DNA of 64,000 nucleotides from Kofleriaceae bacterium (GTDB taxonomy: Bacteria; Myxococcota_A; Polyangia; Haliangiales; Haliangiaceae): the NCBI GenBank assembly GCA_965215005.1, contig CBDCCZ010000049.1:1-64000 (forward strand). Direction: 5' to 3'. Under the pieces are notes generated by a model. The model had not been told where the DNA came from and searched no databases. It saw only the letters and a program-made list of their open reading frames with translations. How positions within the stretch are numbered: position 1 is the first letter of the stretch; each line of letters opens with the position of its first letter. A program made the position numbers and the translations under genes. Below, in pieces: positions 61,111-64,000 of this stretch.

Positions 61111-61368
61111 TTATTCTTCCTTTCGATCCGCCGCGGCGCTCGCGCCATCGGCCTGCTTTTCGAGGCCGACTTCGCGCGCCTTCATGATCGTGAGAATCTG
61201 AGCGACCTCGGCGCGTTTCTGGCGCACCGATCCGGTGTTCTCAACCTGATTGGTGTGCAGGCCGAGTCGCATTCGGAACAGGTCGTCTCGAGCGCTTTCG
61301 AGCGCTTGCGAGAGCTCATCGCTGGGCAAATCGCGGAGACGCTCCAGCTGCTGCTTGCGCTTACTCAT
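61111..61368 (-). CDS. rpmC: 50S ribosomal protein L29
   Basis: Lies between rplP and rps[17 protein letters not shown]...VAQILT pattern. Confidence 0.93.
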   Translation of the reverse strand: MSKRKQQLERLRDLPSDELSQALESARDDLFRMRLGLHTNQVENTGSVRQKRAEVAQILTIMKAREVGLEKQADGASAAADRKEE

Positions 61369-61781
61369 AGCGGCGCCTCCCGCGAGACGAACTGGGTCTT
61401 GATGGGAAGCTTATGGTGGGCGCGAATAAACGCCTGCCGTGCCAGCTCCTCAGGCACCCCTTCGAGCTCAAAGATCACCTTGCCGGGCTTGACGATGGCG
61501 ACGTAGCCCTCGTTGCCGCCTTTGCCCTTACCCATCCGGGTCTCTGCGGGCTTCTTGGTGATGGGCTTATCAGGAAACATGCGGATGTACAGCTTGCCGG
61601 TCTTTTTCACCGTTCGGGTGATCGCCACGCGAGCGGCCTCAATTTGTCGGGCAGTGATGGCACCCGGCGATAAGACCTGCATGCCGAAGTCGCCGAAGGA
61701 GACTTCATCACCGCCCTTGGCCGCACCGGTCATGCGGCCCTTCATGCGCTTGCGATATTTCGTTCGCTTGGGAGCTAGCAT
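61365..61781 (-). CDS. rplP: 50S ribosomal protein L16
   Basis: [18 protein letters not shown] and ETRMGKGKG motifs. Confidence 0.99.
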   Translation of the reverse strand: MLAPKRTKYRKRMKGRMTGAAKGGDEVSFGDFGMQVLSPGAITARQIEAARVAITRTVKKTGKLYIRMFPDKPITKKPAETRMGKGKGGNEGYVAIVKPGKVIFELEGVPEELARQAFIRAHHKLPIKTQFVSREAPL

Positions 61782-61816
61782 CGGAGTTACTCGCTATCTA
61801 GAGGCTGCGGCCCCCG

Positions 61817-62494
61817 CTACTTGCGGCCACCAGAGCGGGGCTGTTGCCGCTGATTCTCTGGCTGGGCACCCGGGAGCACCTCGCCGTGGAACAGCCAGCA
61901 CTTCACTCCAATGGTGCCGTAGGTCGTCTTGGCCTCGGTGAATCCGTAATCGATGTCGGCGCGAAGCGTGTGAAGCGGTACTCGACCTTCGCGATACCAC
62001 TCGCTGCGACTCATCTCCGCGCCGCCAAGGCGGCCCGCCGACGCTACACGAATGCCTTTGCCGCCAAACTTCATCGCCGTTTGCACGGCTTTCTTCATGG
62101 CCCGCCGGAACGCAATGCGGCGCTCGAGCTGAGTGGCGATGTTCTCAGCGACCAGCTGCGCGTTGGTTTCCGCCTTGCGCACCTCAACGATGTTGAGGAA
62201 CACTTCATTGGCGGTAAGCGCTTGAACATCCTTCTTGAGCTGCTCGACACCGGCGCCGCGCTTGCCAATCACGATGCCGGGGCGCGCCGTGTAGATGTTA
62301 ATCTTGCACTTGTTGGCCGCGCGCTCGACGTCGATGTAGCTAACACCAGCGTGGTTGAGCTTCTTCTTAATGAAGCGCTTGAGCTTGAGATCCTCGTGCA
62401 GCCATTTCGAGTAGTCCTTCTCCGAATACCACTTGGAGGACCACGTCTTGATGATGCCGAGGCGGAAGCCGATTGGATGCGTCTTCTGGCCCAT
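61817..62494 (-). CDS. rpsC: 30S ribosomal protein S3
   Basis: [13 protein letters not shown] and [14 protein letters not shown] motifs. Confidence 0.99.
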   Translation of the reverse strand: MGQKTHPIGFRLGIIKTWSSKWYSEKDYSKWLHEDLKLKRFIKKKLNHAGVSYIDVERAANKCKINIYTARPGIVIGKRGAGVEQLKKDVQALTANEVFLNIVEVRKAETNAQLVAENIATQLERRIAFRRAMKKAVQTAMKFGGKGIRVASAGRLGGAEMSRSEWYREGRVPLHTLRADIDYGFTEAKTTYGTIGVKCWLFHGEVLPGAQPENQRQQPRSGGRK

Positions 62495-62497
62495 CTA

Positions 62498-62839
62498 CTA
62501 TTCCTCGTCGCTCACGACCACCGTTAGGTGGCTGGTGCGGTGATTGATGCGGTTGGCGCGCCCCATGGCCCGCGGCATCCAGCGTTTGATGATGCCGCCA
62601 CCGTCGACGAAGATTCGGCTGATTACCAGCGACTCCACGTCGACCTCGCCGCCAGACGTATCTTCGGCGTTGGCCGCTGCCGATACCAGCGCTTTGGCGA
62701 TCACTCCTGCGGCCTTCTTCGGCATGAGGCGGAGCTCGCCGAGCGCTTCCTCGACCCGACGGCCGCGGAGCTGGTTCACGACCACACGCATTTTGCGCGG
62801 GCTCATCTGGATGTCTCGTACGATTGCTCGTGCCTGCAT
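62498..62839 (-). CDS. rplV: 50S ribosomal protein L22
   Basis: SPRKMRVV and PRAMGRA..I..RTSHLTV motifs. Confidence 0.98.
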   Translation of the reverse strand: MQARAIVRDIQMSPRKMRVVVNQLRGRRVEEALGELRLMPKKAAGVIAKALVSAAANAEDTSGGEVDVESLVISRIFVDGGGIIKRWMPRAMGRANRINHRTSHLTVVVSDEE

Positions 62840-62841
62840 GA

Positions 62842-63111
62842 CTATCTCTTCTTATCGCCGGAGTGCCCGGTGTACGTCCGCGTCGGCGCAAACTCGCCGA
62901 GCTTGTGACCGACCATGTTCTCGGTGATGAACACTGGAATGAACTTCCGGCCGTTATGCACCGCAAACGTGAGCCCAACCATATCGGGAGCCACGACGGA
63001 CCGTCGCGACCAGGTCTTGATGACCTTCTTCGATTGCTCTTTTTGCGCAATGGTCACCTTACTCATGAGGTGATCATCGATGAACGGACCCTTCTTAACG
63101 CTGCGTGGCAT
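62842..63111 (-). CDS. rpsS: 30S ribosomal protein S19
   Basis: [10 protein letters not shown] and [13 protein letters not shown] motifs. Confidence 0.99.
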   Translation of the reverse strand: MPRSVKKGPFIDDHLMSKVTIAQKEQSKKVIKTWSRRSVVAPDMVGLTFAVHNGRKFIPVFITENMVGHKLGEFAPTRTYTGHSGDKKR

Positions 63112-63121
63112 CAGTCAGCCC

Positions 63122-63949
63122 CTATTTCTTCCCGCGACGGCGAACGATGAACTTGTCCGTCCGCTTGTTTTGACGCGTGCGATACCCTTTGGTGGGCTTG
63201 CCCCATGGCGTGCACGGATGACGACCGCCGGATGACCGACCCTCGCCGCCACCCATGGGGTGATCGACAGGGTTCATCACCACGCCGCGGTTATGAGGAC
63301 GACGGCCTTTCCAGCGGAGTCGGCCAGCCTTGCCCCAGTCGACGTTCGAGTGTTCTGCATTGCCGACGCCTCCCACGGTTGCGCGGCAGTCGATATGCAC
63401 TTTCCGCATCTCGCCCGACGGCATCCGCAGCGTCGCCCAGTCGCCTTCCTTGGCCATCAAGGTGACACCGGTGCCCGCTGAACGGCCGATCTTGGCGCCG
63501 CCACCGATTTGCATCTCCACGCAGTGGACTTCGGTGCCGGTGGGGATGTGGCGCAGCGGAAGCGCGTTGCCCGGTTTGATGTCCGCCGAGTTCGCCGCGA
63601 TGATGCTGTCGCCGACCTCGAGGCGGTTGGGGGCCAGGATGTAGGCTTTCTCGCCGTCCGCGTACTGCAGAAGCGCGATGCGCGCAGACCGATTGGGATC
63701 GTATTCGATCGCAACGACCACCGCCGGCACGCCGGTTTTGCGACGCTTGAAGTCGATGATCCGATACCGCTGCTTATGACCGCCGCCGCGGAACCGAGAG
63801 GTGATCCGCCCATAGTTATTACGACCGCCCGACTTGGTCTTCTTGTCGAGCAAGGCCTTCTCCGGAGCACCTTTGGTGACGGTGGAGAAGTCCTGACTGG
63901 TCATGCCGCGCCGACCCGCAGAGGTTGGCTTGAAACGCTTGATGGCCAT
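63122..63949 (-). CDS. rplB: 50S ribosomal protein L2
   Basis: [12 protein letters not shown] and [13 protein letters not shown] motifs. Confidence 0.99.
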   Translation of the reverse strand: MAIKRFKPTSAGRRGMTSQDFSTVTKGAPEKALLDKKTKSGGRNNYGRITSRFRGGGHKQRYRIIDFKRRKTGVPAVVVAIEYDPNRSARIALLQYADGEKAYILAPNRLEVGDSIIAANSADIKPGNALPLRHIPTGTEVHCVEMQIGGGAKIGRSAGTGVTLMAKEGDWATLRMPSGEMRKVHIDCRATVGGVGNAEHSNVDWGKAGRLRWKGRRPHNRGVVMNPVDHPMGGGEGRSSGGRHPCTPWGKPTKGYRTRQNKRTDKFIVRRRGKK

Positions 63950-63953
63950 GGTC

Positions 63954-64000
63954 CTACACTCCCTCGAAGAACTCGATGGTGTCGCCCGGCTTGAGGGTGA
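63954..64000 (-). CDS. rplW: 50S ribosomal protein L23, C-terminal fragment
   Basis: Manual translation ...[14 protein letters not shown], immediately upstream of rplB. Confidence 0.88.
   Translation of the reverse strand, partial: TLKPGDTIEFFEGV

Overview
High-GC bacterial chromosomal window. The several Hanks-type Ser/Thr kinases, TPR proteins, Cys/Asp-rich lipoproteins and a DUF4388/J-like protein suggest Myxococcota (inference). From 51.4 to 64 kb lies the S10-spc-alpha ribosomal superoperon on the minus strand (partial rplW to rplQ); rplX, adk and infA are missing from their usual positions. From 38.7 to 49.6 kb are mostly housekeeping genes (rpe, rsmB, fmt, priA, egtD, galU), and tRNA-Pro(CGG) is at 37913. 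The most striking element is a tightly coupled minus-strand operon at about 29-37 kb. It encodes (i) a fusion of a degenerate cNMP-binding domain, a 4x[4Fe-4S] domain and a di-heme-b-like membrane domain, (ii) an exported cytochrome c with 30 heme-binding motifs in ten tri-heme modules, and (iii) an outer-membrane beta-barrel. These are followed by a Ser/Thr kinase with a GspE/PilB-N2-like domain and a response regulator. Together they are a candidate cytoplasm-to-surface electron conduit. A MoxR-DUF58-vWA cluster (20-29 kb) contains a BatA/vWA gene with an inserted DnaA domain IV-like module and a 1-nt frameshift inside that insert. A lone SF2 helicase lies antisense among housekeeping genes. 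All family assignments come from motif recognition by eye; no database searches were run.
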